From positions 4,096,001 through 4,160,000 of the forward strand of contig OZ242005.1 in the NCBI GenBank assembly GCA_965204725.1: a stretch of DNA of 64,000 nt, read 5' to 3'. The DNA comes from Candidatus Latescibacterota bacterium (GTDB lineage Bacteria > Latescibacterota > UBA2968 > UBA8231). Positions 46,426 through 56,851 of the stretch are shown one piece after another; within the stretch, counting starts at the first letter, position 1; every line of letters starts with the position of its first letter. Made by a program: the position numbers and the translations under genes. Under the pieces are notes generated by a model. That model was given only the letters and a program-made list of their open reading frames with translations, did no database searches and was not told the origin of the DNA.

Positions 46426-47259
46426 ATGGTCACTGACCTCGAAAATTATCTCTTCGACCTGCGCGGCTACCTGCACTTAGAGGGAGCACTTACCGCCGAC
46501 GAAATCAAAGCACTCAACGATTGCCTCGACGCCATCCCCCCGCTAGAGCCGGGCGACTGGTACGGCCATGTCCACGCCCATACCTATGGCACGGTGGACG
46601 GCCTCAACTTGCAGCAAATCTACGAGGCGGGCGAACCTTTTGAGCGAATGATCGACCATCCCGCTTGGATCGAGAAAGTGCAGCACTTCGTCGGCGGCGA
46701 GGGCACATTCGACCACGCCCACGGGCCGCTTTTCATCGACGAAAACTTTGCCAACTTCCGCCAACGAGGAGAGGCCATTGGCCTGCATTCCGGCGGCTAC
46801 CCGCCCATCATGCGCAACCAATTCCGCTACCACGGCGGGCGCTATATGTGCGGCCAAATCAACATCCTCGTAGCGCTCACGGACATCGGCCCAGGCGACG
46901 GCGGCACCATGCTAATCCCCGGCAGCCACAAGTCCAATTTCGCGCACCCCGACTTAGAGCGGCATCGCATGCGGCCCGGCGGCGCTACGGTCGAGGGCAT
47001 CGCCGGCGCGGTCGAATGCCTCATGGCCCGCGGCGACGCCCTGCTCTTCGTCGATGGGCTCTCGCACGGCTCGGCCCGGCGCAAAAACGAAGGGACCCGC
47101 CGGATTTTCGTCTATCGCTACGGGCCCTCTTGGGGCAACTTTCGCCACGGCTACCACCCCTCGGACGAGCTGTTGGCGCGCTTGACGCCCGAGCGGCGGC
47201 AGATCGTCTGGCCGCAGCGGCCCCGTCCCCAAGGACCGCAAAAAAAGGCCATTGAGTAG
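46426..47259 (+). CDS. PhyH-family Fe(II)/2OG enzyme with HxG motif
   Basis: YLFDLRGY, GLHSGG, GGTMLIPGSHK, GDALLF...HGS. Confidence 0.85.
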   Translation: MVTDLENYLFDLRGYLHLEGALTADEIKALNDCLDAIPPLEPGDWYGHVHAHTYGTVDGLNLQQIYEAGEPFERMIDHPAWIEKVQHFVGGEGTFDHAHGPLFIDENFANFRQRGEAIGLHSGGYPPIMRNQFRYHGGRYMCGQINILVALTDIGPGDGGTMLIPGSHKSNFAHPDLERHRMRPGGATVEGIAGAVECLMARGDALLFVDGLSHGSARRKNEGTRRIFVYRYGPSWGNFRHGYHPSDELLARLTPERRQIVWPQRPRPQGPQKKAIE

Positions 47260-47262
47260 TCC

Positions 47263-48144
47263 ATGAAGGGCATCATTCTCGCTGGCGGCGCCGGCACGCG
47301 CCTTTACCCTTTGACCGTATCGGTCTCCAAACAGATTCTGCCGATCTTCGACAAGCCGATGATTTACTATCCGCTCTCGGTGTTCATGCTGGCCGATATC
47401 CGCGAGATCCTCATCATCTCCAGCCCAGAGCACACCGATCTCTACCGCCAGCTCTTCGGCGATGGCGAGCGGCTGGGGCTGAGCATTGAATACGCAGTCC
47501 AGCCGCGGCCCGAGGGCGTGGCTCACGCCTTTGTCGTGGGGGCTGATTTTGCTGGCCGCGACCCCTGTGCCTTGATATTCGGCGACAACTTCCTCTACGG
47601 GCACGGGCTGACGGCGATTTTACAGCGCGCCAGCCAACTGCGGGAGGGCGGCTTGGTTTTCGCTTACTACGTGAGCGATCCCACGCGCTACGGGATCGTC
47701 GAATTCGACCGAGCGGGCCACCCCATCATCATCAAAGAGAAGCCGCAAAACCCCCAGTCCAACTACGCGGTCATCGGCCTTTATTTTTACGACGGAGCAG
47801 TCGTTGACATCGTCCGCGGCCTCGAGCCTTCGGCCCGCGGCGAGTTGGAAATTACCGATGTCAACAACGAGTACCTGCGCCGCCAGCAGCTCAGGGTCGA
47901 GGTGTTGGGACGGGGCTTCGCTTGGTTCGACACCGGTACGCACGAGAGCCTCCTAGAGGCCAGTGATTTCGTCCAAACCATTGAGCACCGGCAAGGGCTC
48001 AAAGTGGGCTGCATCGAGGAAATAGCGTACCGCAAGGGCTACATTGGCGCGGAACAACTCCTCCGCATCGCCCATTACTCCAAAGACAATGCGTATTGTC
48101 TCTATCTGAAGGCCCTCGTCGAACAGCCCGGGCCGACGTTCTAA
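47263..48144 (+). CDS. rfbA: Glucose-1-phosphate thymidylyltransferase
   Basis: MKGIILAGGAGTRLYPLT, KPMIYYPLS, PSARGELEITDVN, WFDTGTHESL. Confidence 0.95.
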   Translation: MKGIILAGGAGTRLYPLTVSVSKQILPIFDKPMIYYPLSVFMLADIREILIISSPEHTDLYRQLFGDGERLGLSIEYAVQPRPEGVAHAFVVGADFAGRDPCALIFGDNFLYGHGLTAILQRASQLREGGLVFAYYVSDPTRYGIVEFDRAGHPIIIKEKPQNPQSNYAVIGLYFYDGAVVDIVRGLEPSARGELEITDVNNEYLRRQQLRVEVLGRGFAWFDTGTHESLLEASDFVQTIEHRQGLKVGCIEEIAYRKGYIGAEQLLRIAHYSKDNAYCLYLKALVEQPGPTF

Positions 48145-48211
48145 CGCCTTTTGACTTATCGGCCCATCGCCATACTTTAATGTTTTTCACTTTCCGCCCA
48201 GCCACTCAGAC

Positions 48212-48460
48212 ATGAAGCAACTCGCACTCGACAATCCAGTCGTACAGGGGTTAGACCTAGCCTTTGTGGGCATGAGCATCGTCTTTACCGCCCTCGTATT
48301 GGTTAGCGTCTTTATCGCCGTTTTGCCGCGGCTCCTCGCCGCGATCAACCCGCATATTCCCCCAGCCCAACTCCACACGCAGAGCCAGAGCAAAGAAACC
48401 AACGCAGCCGCCATCGCGGCCATCAGCTTTGCCTTGCACACGCGCCGACAAAACGACTAA
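48212..48460 (+). CDS. oadG: Na+-translocating decarboxylase gamma subunit
   Basis: GMSIVFTALVL TM helix and AAIAAISFALH; upstream of the beta subunit. Confidence 0.8.
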   Translation: MKQLALDNPVVQGLDLAFVGMSIVFTALVLVSVFIAVLPRLLAAINPHIPPAQLHTQSQSKETNAAAIAAISFALHTRRQND

Positions 48461-48465
48461 CGGCC

Positions 48466-49593
48466 ATGGAGATTCTCCTCGAATTCCTCACCACCACGGC
48501 CGTGGCCAACATGTCGGGCGGCAACCTGCTGATGATCGTTATCGGCGCGGTCTTCATCCTCCTCGCCATTCGCAAAGACTACGAGCCGCTGCTGCTGTTG
48601 CCGATCGGCTTCGGCTGCATCGTCGGCAATATCCCGTCTATCACCAGCATGGCCATCGGCGTGTACGACGAAGGCAGCGTGCTCTACTACATCTACTTCG
48701 GCGTCAGCCAAGGGATCTTTCCACCGCTGATTTTTCTCGGCATCGGCGCGATGACCGACTTCTCGACCATGCTCTCCAGCCCCCGGTTGGTGCTGCTCGG
48801 AGCCGCCGCGCAGACGGGCATTTTCCTCACCTTGATCGGCGCATTGCACCTAGGCTTCACTCCGGCCGAGGCCGGGGCCATTGGCATTATCGGCGGCGCC
48901 GACGGGCCAACGGCGATCTTCCTCGCGGCCAAGCTGGCGCCCCACCTGTTGGGGGCCATCGCCATCGCCGCGTATTCCTACATGGCCCTCGTGCCCGTAA
49001 TCCAGCCGCCGGTGATGAAGCTGTTGACCACTCGCCGCGAGCGGCTGATTCGCATGAAGCCCCCGCGCCAAGTCTCGCAGCGCGAAAAGATCATCTTTCC
49101 CATCGCCGCCTTTCTCATCTGCGCGCTCCTCGCCCCGGGCGCGATTGGCCTGATCGGGATGCTGTTTTTCGGCAATCTGCTCAAGGAAAGCGGCGTCACC
49201 GAGCGCTTGGCCCAGACCGCCCGCACCTCAATGGTCGATATCGTCACCATTCTCCTCGGATTCTCGGTCGGCTGCTCGACCCAAGCCCAGACCTTTCTCA
49301 CGCCGCAGTCGGTACTCATTTTCAGCCTCGGTGCTCTGTCCTTTGCAATCGCCACGGCGACCGGCGTACTCTTCGCCAAGTTTTTGAACCTCTTCACCAA
49401 AGACAAAATCAACCCCCTCGTCGGCGCGGCCGGGGTCTCGGCTGTGCCCGACTCGGCCCGCGTAGTGCAGATGATGGGCCAGCAGGAAGACCCCAATAAC
49501 TACCTCCTGATGCACGCGATGGCCCCCAACATCGCCGGCGTCATCGGCTCGGCGGTCGGTGCCGGCGTCTTGTGGTCGGTGCTGGTGGGATAG
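48466..49593 (+). CDS. oadB: Na+-translocating decarboxylase beta subunit
   Basis: EPLLLLPIGFG, IGIIGGADGPT, AYSYMALVP, GVSAVP, NIAGVIGS. Confidence 0.95.
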   Translation: MEILLEFLTTTAVANMSGGNLLMIVIGAVFILLAIRKDYEPLLLLPIGFGCIVGNIPSITSMAIGVYDEGSVLYYIYFGVSQGIFPPLIFLGIGAMTDFSTMLSSPRLVLLGAAAQTGIFLTLIGALHLGFTPAEAGAIGIIGGADGPTAIFLAAKLAPHLLGAIAIAAYSYMALVPVIQPPVMKLLTTRRERLIRMKPPRQVSQREKIIFPIAAFLICALLAPGAIGLIGMLFFGNLLKESGVTERLAQTARTSMVDIVTILLGFSVGCSTQAQTFLTPQSVLIFSLGALSFAIATATGVLFAKFLNLFTKDKINPLVGAAGVSAVPDSARVVQMMGQQEDPNNYLLMHAMAPNIAGVIGSAVGAGVLWSVLVG

Positions 49594-49610
49594 ACAACGA
49601 GGATGCAACT

Positions 49611-51410
49611 GTGAGCAAGAAGAAAATTCGCTTTATGTGTACCGCCTTCCGCGACGGCTTCCAATCGGTTTATGGCGCGCGCGTTTTCACGTCCGATTTT
49701 CTGCCGGCCGTCGCCGCGGCCAAGGAAGCTGGCATCCACTACTTCGAGGCCGGCGGCGGCGCTTGTTTCCAGTCGTTCTACTTCTACTGCGGCGAAGACG
49801 CCTTTGCCGCGATGGACGCCTTTCGCGCAACGGCCGGCCCAGACGCCGAACTCCAGACCTTGGCGCGGGGAGTCAACGTGGTCGGCCTCGAATCGCAGCC
49901 GAGCGACATCATCAAGCTCCACGCCGAGCTCTTCAAAAAGCACGGCATCACGACCATCCGCAATTTCGACGCGCTCAACGACGTCGATAACCTCATCTAT
50001 TCGGGGCAGTGCATTGTGGATGCCGGGCTCAAACACCAAGTCTGCATCACCCTGATGGAACTGCCGCCGGGCTGCTCCGGTGCCCACGACGCGGCCTTCT
50101 ACACCCATACCTTGCGCCAGATACTAGACGCCGGCATCCCGTATGACTCGGTCTGCTTCAAGGATGCCTCGGGCACGGCCGTGCCCTCCAAAGTCTATGA
50201 GACCATCTCCCAAGCGCGGCTCATGCTGCCCGAGGGCACCTTCATCCACTTCCACACCCACGAGACGGCCGGCATTGGCGTCAGCGCCAACATGGCCGCC
50301 CTCGACGCGGGTGCCGACGCCATCGACCTGTCCATGGCGCCCTGCTCCGGCGGCACCTGCCAACCCGACATCATCGTCATGTGGCACGCGCTGCGCGGCT
50401 CTGCCTACGACCTCGACCTAGACATCGACAAAATCCGCGAGGCCGAGGAAGTCTTTAAGGAGTGCATGGGCTCCTACTTCCTGCCTCCCGAAGCGGTGGC
50501 GGTCGAGCCGATGATTCCTTGGAGCCCCATGCCCGGCGGCGCACTGACGGCCAACACCCAAATGCTGCGCGACAACGGCATCATGGACAAGTACCCAGAC
50601 ATGATCAAGGCCATGCGCGAGGTCGTCGAAAAGGGCGGGTTCGGCACCTCGGTGACGCCGGTTTCGCAATTTTACTTTCAGCAGGCTTTCAACAACGTCA
50701 TGTTCGGCCCTTGGGAGCGGATCGCCGCGCCCTACGGCCAAATGGTCTTGGGCTACTTCGGCAAGACGCCCGTCGCGCCCGACCCCTCAGTCGTGGAGAT
50801 CGCCGCCGAGCAACTCGGTCTAGAGCCAACGACCCAAAAGCCGCTCGAACGCAACGACGCCGACCCGAACAAAGGCGTCGAACCGGCCCGCAAACAACTA
50901 CGGGAAGCCGGCCTCGCCGAGACGGACGAAAACATTTTCATCGTCGCCACCTGCCAAGACAAGGGCCTCGCCTTCCTCAAGGGAGAAGGCGAGATCGGCG
51001 TACGCAAAGTGGAAAAAGAGCCAAAAGAAGAGGCCCCGGCCGACGGCCCGGCGCACTATGAGGTCACCGTGGATGGTCGCCGCTACGCCGTAGCCATTGA
51101 CGGCGACACGGCCACCGTGGATGGCCGCCGCTTCCAAGTCAGCTTAGACGCAGCCACAGACGCGGCCGCTCTCCCACCGGCCTCCAAGGCCAAAGACGGT
51201 ACGCCGGTACAAGCCCAGATGCCCGGGAAAGTAATCCGCCACCTCGTCCAAGTCGGCGACCCCGTACAAACGGGCGACGGAATCATAGTGCTCGAAGCCA
51301 TGAAGATGGAAATGCCGGTAACGGCTCCCGTCGGCGGCACGGTCGCCGATATTTTGGTCCATGCCGGGGATCAGGTGGCCGACGGACAGGTGCTGGCGCA
51401 CATACACTAA
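49611..51410 (+). CDS. oadA: Oxaloacetate decarboxylase alpha / PycB-like carboxyltransferase with biotin carrier
   Basis: RDGFQS, FDALND, FKDASG, HTH, MPGG, VTPVSQ, EAMKME biotin motif. Confidence 0.88.
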   Translation: MSKKKIRFMCTAFRDGFQSVYGARVFTSDFLPAVAAAKEAGIHYFEAGGGACFQSFYFYCGEDAFAAMDAFRATAGPDAELQTLARGVNVVGLESQPSDIIKLHAELFKKHGITTIRNFDALNDVDNLIYSGQCIVDAGLKHQVCITLMELPPGCSGAHDAAFYTHTLRQILDAGIPYDSVCFKDASGTAVPSKVYETISQARLMLPEGTFIHFHTHETAGIGVSANMAALDAGADAIDLSMAPCSGGTCQPDIIVMWHALRGSAYDLDLDIDKIREAEEVFKECMGSYFLPPEAVAVEPMIPWSPMPGGALTANTQMLRDNGIMDKYPDMIKAMREVVEKGGFGTSVTPVSQFYFQQAFNNVMFGPWERIAAPYGQMVLGYFGKTPVAPDPSVVEIAAEQLGLEPTTQKPLERNDADPNKGVEPARKQLREAGLAETDENIFIVATCQDKGLAFLKGEGEIGVRKVEKEPKEEAPADGPAHYEVTVDGRRYAVAIDGDTATVDGRRFQVSLDAATDAAALPPASKAKDGTPVQAQMPGKVIRHLVQVGDPVQTGDGIIVLEAMKMEMPVTAPVGGTVADILVHAGDQVADGQVLAHIH

Positions 51411-52111
51411 GCCACATCTCCGGTCCACACCTCGCGCCGCGTCCCGTCGTCTTCGCGCAACAGCAGTTGCCCGGCCGGGCCAAAGCCCAGCACCACGCCT
51501 GTGCGCCCGCCGACAGCGACGTACTGGCCCAAGTTGGCGCAACGAGATTCCCACGCCCCACTCAGCGCAGCAAAGCCGCCTTTTTCCCAGCGCTCGATCC
51601 ACACCTGCAAATGCGCCAGTAGCTCGTCCAATGCCCCCTCCACCTCGCGCTCGGCTCCGGTCTCGATCCTCAGCGAGGTGGCGGGCTGGGCGATGGACGC
51701 GGCCTCGTCGGCATCCATGTTGACGTTGAGGCCGATTCCGAGGACGACCCCTGTACAGCGCTCGGCTAAAATGCCGCAAATTTTGCGCCCCCCCACGAGC
51801 ACATCGTTGGGCCACTTGGTCTGAGCCACCAAGCCATTTTCTTCGAGATAGGCAGCCACGCCCAAAGCAGCGGCTTGGGGCAGCGACAGGAACTGCAACG
51901 GCGACGCATCGCTCCGCAACAGCACGGAAAAGGTCAAGTTGCGGCCGGGCCGAGCGAGCCACCGTCGCTCATAGCGGCCCCGGCCAGCGGTCTGGGAACG
52001 GGCAGCCAACACGAAGCCAGCGGGCAGGTTGCGGCCCGTGCGCAGCCACTGGACCAAGGTCGTATTGGTCGAGGGCAATTCGTCGTGCCACTGGGGTTTT
52101 TGGAATCGCAT
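51407..52111 (-). CDS. birA: Biotin-protein ligase (no HTH domain)
   Basis: STN, QTAGRGR, KWPNDV, KICGIL, GIGLNVN. Confidence 0.92.
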   Translation of the reverse strand: MRFQKPQWHDELPSTNTTLVQWLRTGRNLPAGFVLAARSQTAGRGRYERRWLARPGRNLTFSVLLRSDASPLQFLSLPQAAALGVAAYLEENGLVAQTKWPNDVLVGGRKICGILAERCTGVVLGIGLNVNMDADEAASIAQPATSLRIETGAEREVEGALDELLAHLQVWIERWEKGGFAALSGAWESRCANLGQYVAVGGRTGVVLGFGPAGQLLLREDDGTRREVWTGDVA

Positions 52112-52164
52112 CGTTTTATAAAAATAACGTACAGGACGAAGGCCAAGTGCTGGGACGCTCGCCA

Positions 52165-52192
52165 TTGACCATTAGATGCGCCTTGGTATCTT
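52165..52192 (+). promoter_or_regulatory. Possible promoter for phoX
   Basis: TTGACC-N16-TATCTT with an extended TG. Confidence 0.3.
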
Positions 52193-52246
52193 TGTACAAG
52201 TCCCTTCCAGCCGGTCTCACGCCTTTTAGCTATCGGAGCCAATCCC

Positions 52247-53611
52247 ATGCCTGTTTCTAGACGCCAATTCCTCAAAAGTGCCGCCGCCGTTTCCATCGGC
52301 TTTGCCGGCCTCCATCGCCACCTTGCTTGGGGCGATTCAGCGCTCGAAAACCGCTTTGGGCCGCTCGTGCGCGACCCCGAAGGCATCCTCGACCTGCCCG
52401 AGGGATTTAGCTATCGGATTCTCTCGCGCATCGGCGACGCCATGGACGACGGCCTGCGGGTGCCGGGCAAAGCCGACGGGATGGCCGCTTTTCCCGGGGC
52501 CGAGGGCCGCGTCGTTTTGGTGCGCAACCACGAGCTGGGCAGCGGGGAGCGGGAGGCCGGTGCCTTTGGCGACGCCAACGAGGCGTTGGACAAACTGCCC
52601 AAAGAAGACCTGTACGACTGGGGGCACGGCGAGATGCCGGGCTTGGGCGGCACCACAACCGTCGTGTACAACCCGCAAACCGGCAAAGTGGAGCGGGAAT
52701 TTCTCAGCTTGGCCGGCACGGCGGTCAACTGCGCTGGCGGGCCGACCCCGTGGCATAGCTGGGTTAGCTGCGAAGAGACGACCCAGCGGATGGACGAGCC
52801 GATCGCAAAAGACCACGGCTACAACTTCGAGGTCCCCGCGACCGCAGCAATCCGCCGCGCCGCGCCGGTGCCGCTCAAGGCCATGGGGCGCTTCAAGCAC
52901 GAGGCCATCGCCGTTGATCCCCGCTCGGGCATCGTCTATCAGACCGAAGATACCGAAGATGGCTTGATCTACCGCTACATCCCCGACGCCCCGGGCAACC
53001 TAACGGCTGGGCGGCTGCAAGCCTTGGCCGTAATCGACCATCCGAGCTTGGATACCCGCAACTGGGAAAAAGAGCGGGTGCGCCGAGGCGAGCCGCTCGC
53101 CGTGCGCTGGGTCGATATAGAAAACGTCGAGTCGCCGGACGACGATTTGCGCCTTCAGGGCTTTGACGGCAAGGGCTGTGCCCGCTTTGCCCGCGGCGAG
53201 GGCATGTGGTATGGACGCGAGGCGATTTACTTTGCTTGCACTAGCGGCGGCCGCCAAAAGAAAGGGCAGATCTTCCGCTACCAGCCTAGCCCTGATGAGA
53301 GCGAGGCACCAGGGACGCTCGAACTGTTCGTCGAGCCAAACGACGGCGACCTAGTCGACAACGCCGACAACCTCACGGTCTCGCCTTTTGGCGATTTAAT
53401 CGTCTGCGAGGACGGCGGCGGGGACAACAACTTGGTCGGCGTAACGCCCGCCGGCCAAATCTACCGCTTCGGGCACAATCGCATGAACAAATCCGAATTC
53501 GCCGGCGCGACCTTCTCCCCCGACGGGCAAGTGCTCTTCGTCAATATCCAGCACCCCGGAACCACACTAGCCATCTACGGGCCTTGGGATCAGCGGCGGT
53601 CCGACGGTTAG
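52247..53611 (+). CDS. phoX: Tat-exported alkaline phosphatase PhoX (DUF839)
   Basis: SRRQFLK Tat signal; DGM, NHE, NCAGG.TPW..W.SCEE, GRFKHEA, DN, EFAGATFS, NIQHPG. Confidence 0.88.
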   Translation: MPVSRRQFLKSAAAVSIGFAGLHRHLAWGDSALENRFGPLVRDPEGILDLPEGFSYRILSRIGDAMDDGLRVPGKADGMAAFPGAEGRVVLVRNHELGSGEREAGAFGDANEALDKLPKEDLYDWGHGEMPGLGGTTTVVYNPQTGKVEREFLSLAGTAVNCAGGPTPWHSWVSCEETTQRMDEPIAKDHGYNFEVPATAAIRRAAPVPLKAMGRFKHEAIAVDPRSGIVYQTEDTEDGLIYRYIPDAPGNLTAGRLQALAVIDHPSLDTRNWEKERVRRGEPLAVRWVDIENVESPDDDLRLQGFDGKGCARFARGEGMWYGREAIYFACTSGGRQKKGQIFRYQPSPDESEAPGTLELFVEPNDGDLVDNADNLTVSPFGDLIVCEDGGGDNNLVGVTPAGQIYRFGHNRMNKSEFAGATFSPDGQVLFVNIQHPGTTLAIYGPWDQRRSDG

Positions 53612-53836
53612 CTCTTCACCGAGTCCGGCAGGCGATACAGCGCTGTGTAGTATTCGGCACAGCGTCTTCTTTCAGCACAAGCGGGTCCTCTCTGAAAATT
53701 TGGCTTGCGAAGCGCTGGTACGCCAATTGCAAGAGTTTTGGACCGGCTGCCTCGGCGAGTTATATTTTTTCGTGCGAGGGGAAGATCGACAAATGCTGGT
53801 AAATCCAAAACCTCTAATGCGAAGGGATTTATATAA

Positions 53837-56431
53837 TTGACGACCCTGTTTGACGATCTAAAGCAATCCGCTCTCGACTGGCGCAAGGGCGGATATACTT
53901 GTGATGAACATCCACTTATAGGCGAAATCCTCGCCTACCAGATGGAGGTGCAGGAAGGTGCGCCTGTCCTCAAGTTTCTGCGCGAACCCCAGTTTCTCGC
54001 CCTTGAGGTGTACTGGTATGTCCGGCTCAAACTGAAAACTCCCCGTATCATAGCTCTTTACAAGCATTACTACGGGGGAGATAAAAAGACCTTTTTTGAT
54101 ACGCTTGGCGTTCCAATGTCAAGGGATGCTTTGGAGTGGGCAGAAATAGATGGGGTCATTGAGAAAGTCAAAAGCGATCCAGACTTTGTCGCTGAAAAGA
54201 AAATTCAGGCATTGCACGAGGCGGCGATGCTGGACTATCCGAGTTACATTCTCGCCTTGGCCATGGGTGCCGGAAAAACCGTGCTAATCGGAACGATTAT
54301 CGCCACTGAGTTTGCCATGTCCCTGCGCTATCCCAACGGCCATTTTATGAAAAACGCCCTTGTGTTTGCGCCCGGCACGACGATTATAGAATCCTTGCGC
54401 GAACTTAGCGATATGCCTTATGAAAACATTCTGCCGCCCGATCTCTATCGAGATTTTGCCGCCAATTTGAAAATTGAGTATCCGAGCAACGAAAAGGACA
54501 TACAGGCTCAGACCAGCAGTAGTTACAACCTGATCATCACCAACACCGAAAAAATCAGTCTGCGAGCGAGGCGGAGAAGCAATCAGACCGAACTGGATTT
54601 CAAGGAAAAGGAACTGCAAGCGAACTTGAGGTTGCAAAAAATCGCCAGCCTGCCGAACCTCGGCGTCTTCTCCGATGAGGCGCACCACACTTATGGCAAC
54701 ACCTTCAACAAGCTAAAGCGGGTGCGGGAAACCATCAACTACATCCACGAGCAAACTTCTATCGTAGCCGTAGTCAATACCACCGGAACGCCTTATTACA
54801 AAAAACAGTATCTGAAAGAGGTCATTGTCTGGTACGGACTTGGAGACGGTATCAAGGATAACATTCTCAAAAACCTCAACGACGGGATTCACCAATACAA
54901 CATTGGCAAGCAGTCGGAACAGAGCGTGTTCAACGACATCATCCGAGAGTTTTTCAATCAGTATGGCAATGTCTCGCTTCCCAATGGGGCAAAGGCGAAA
55001 GTTGCCTTTTACTTTAAGACACAGGATCACTTAGACGATTCGCGTCCTTGGATTGAGCAGGCCATGACGGGAATGGGCGAAAGCGTCTCTCAGATATTGG
55101 TCAATACCCAGCAATCAAGCTCGAAGGAAGTGGATGAGTTTAAGCGTCTCAACAACCCGACTAACCAGAAGCGCGTGATTCTTCTGATTGGCAAAGGCGT
55201 CGAAGGATGGAACTGTCCGAGCCTGTTTGCCTGTGCGCTCATCAAAGAGCAGACGACGAGCAACAATTATGTTTTGCAGGCGGCGACCCGGTGCCTGCGA
55301 CAAGTGCCGGGAAACGGGCACTCGGCAAAGGTATTTCTCGATTACGGCAATGTGCGGACCCTAGACAAAGAACTGAAAGACAATTTTGGTACCGACCTCG
55401 ATCTGCTTAGCGCGGCATCGGGAGATAAAGAGACCGTAACACTGCGTATTGTAAAAACGGAACTGCCCAAACTGGAAATCACTCGGACGATTAAGCGGGC
55501 TATCCGCACTGAAAAACCAAGCGACAATCTTACCTTGAACAAACCAGAGCCGCAAGAAGCTCCTGTAGTACTCCGCAGCATTCTGACGCCGGATTTCAGC
55601 GGGCCGCGGGAAATTCTAATGCCAACTGGAGACACCAAGGAACTGCCGGCCGTAGCGGAAATGACAGGTTGCCATGCTGCCGCTTGGAAAATCGCCTCGC
55701 GCTACCATCTGCCGGTGATACCAATTCTGAAGAAGCTCAACAGCTTATATCCCGAAGGTGAAATGCCGAATACTCATTTATACGGGCTGTTTCAGCAGGT
55801 TGAAGAGCAGCAGGCGAACTACGAGACTGTGGAAGAAAAAGTTACTGAGGCGATGGCCTTAATTCGGGTTCAGGATGAGAACGGAATGGATCTCTTTGAA
55901 AAGGACGAGGACGGCGTTTACGTCCACCACTTGCGTCTGCTCAGGCGAACTTATGACCGGATGAGAAACGGCGGGCTGTTTGCTGACTGCGATGAGTATG
56001 CAGACGATCACGACTTGAGCTTCCACTACATGCCGTACAACTTCGACAGTGAACCGGAGCGTTCCTTCTTCCGGCAGATTTTGTCCGTGCTCAATACAGA
56101 CTCCGGCGATGTGAGGGCGTTTCTGTTCACGGGTGGCTTGACCGATCCTAAAAAGACCGACTTTCATTTTGAATACATGGGTGAGGACAAGCGATACCAC
56201 CGCTATTTCCCCGACTTTGTCATTGTCAAGAAGACGGGCGAATTTTATATTGTCGAGGTCAAGGCTGAGAGTGAGCGCGGCGACAGGACGGTGGAAGCAA
56301 AGAGAAAGGCCGTGGAGCGGTTACAGAATATGCAGCCGGATAAATTCAAATATAACGTCGTTTATACTCAGGCTGCTGCGATAAGCGCGGAGCAAATCAA
56401 ACCAATTGCCGATTGGATAAACTCACAATAA
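53837..56431 (+). CDS. res: Type III restriction subunit Res (SF2 ATPase plus PD-(D/E)XK nuclease)
   Basis: LREPQ, AMGAGKT, SDEAHH, TGTP, EGWNCP, QAATRCLR, YFPDF...VEVK; lower GC. Confidence 0.85.
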   Translation: MTTLFDDLKQSALDWRKGGYTCDEHPLIGEILAYQMEVQEGAPVLKFLREPQFLALEVYWYVRLKLKTPRIIALYKHYYGGDKKTFFDTLGVPMSRDALEWAEIDGVIEKVKSDPDFVAEKKIQALHEAAMLDYPSYILALAMGAGKTVLIGTIIATEFAMSLRYPNGHFMKNALVFAPGTTIIESLRELSDMPYENILPPDLYRDFAANLKIEYPSNEKDIQAQTSSSYNLIITNTEKISLRARRRSNQTELDFKEKELQANLRLQKIASLPNLGVFSDEAHHTYGNTFNKLKRVRETINYIHEQTSIVAVVNTTGTPYYKKQYLKEVIVWYGLGDGIKDNILKNLNDGIHQYNIGKQSEQSVFNDIIREFFNQYGNVSLPNGAKAKVAFYFKTQDHLDDSRPWIEQAMTGMGESVSQILVNTQQSSSKEVDEFKRLNNPTNQKRVILLIGKGVEGWNCPSLFACALIKEQTTSNNYVLQAATRCLRQVPGNGHSAKVFLDYGNVRTLDKELKDNFGTDLDLLSAASGDKETVTLRIVKTELPKLEITRTIKRAIRTEKPSDNLTLNKPEPQEAPVVLRSILTPDFSGPREILMPTGDTKELPAVAEMTGCHAAAWKIASRYHLPVIPILKKLNSLYPEGEMPNTHLYGLFQQVEEQQANYETVEEKVTEAMALIRVQDENGMDLFEKDEDGVYVHHLRLLRRTYDRMRNGGLFADCDEYADDHDLSFHYMPYNFDSEPERSFFRQILSVLNTDSGDVRAFLFTGGLTDPKKTDFHFEYMGEDKRYHRYFPDFVIVKKTGEFYIVEVKAESERGDRTVEAKRKAVERLQNMQPDKFKYNVVYTQAAAISAEQIKPIADWINSQ
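56395..56427 (+). repeat. 33-bp direct repeat copy 1 (res 3' end), followed by AGGAGGTA RBS
   Basis: AATCAAACCAATTGCCGATTGGATAAACTCACA. Confidence 0.92.
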
Positions 56432-56437
56432 GGAGGT

Positions 56438-56851
56438 ATGAACGTGAAAATCTATCATTTATTTATTAGCCATTCTTGGGCACATGCTGACGCATACAAC
56501 AATTTGGTCAACCTATTGGATCAAGCCAGTAGGTTCCGTTATCATAACTACTCTATCCCCAAATATGATCCAGTGCATGTTGGCACAGACAAAGAGCTGT
56601 CCAAGGCAATCCATGATCAAATGCAGCCGTGTGGCATCGTCATCGTTCTAGCGGGTGTATATGCCAGTTACAGCAAATGGATAGACAAGGAGATTAAAAT
56701 TGCTAGAAGTAGCTTTTCGAGACCAAAACCTATTCTAGCCATAGAACCTTGGGGGAGCGAGAAAACCTCTTCGGTCGTCAAGGAAAGTGCAAACCAGATC
56801 GTTGGATGGAATACCAGAAGCATCGTCTCGGCAATAAGGGAGCTAGCGTAA
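56438..56851 (+). CDS. TIR-domain protein (DUF1863/MTH538, ThsB-like), copy 1
   Basis: LFISHSW, VIVLAGVYASYSKWIDKEI (catalytic Glu), KPILAIEPWG, VGWNT.SIVSAI. Confidence 0.88.
   Translation: MNVKIYHLFISHSWAHADAYNNLVNLLDQASRFRYHNYSIPKYDPVHVGTDKELSKAIHDQMQPCGIVIVLAGVYASYSKWIDKEIKIARSSFSRPKPILAIEPWGSEKTSSVVKESANQIVGWNTRSIVSAIRELA

Noticed and set aside
53608-53886. Minus-strand ORF or gene remnant converging on phoX
   Set aside because: The overlapping stop codons are suggestive, but I cannot assign the peptide to any family
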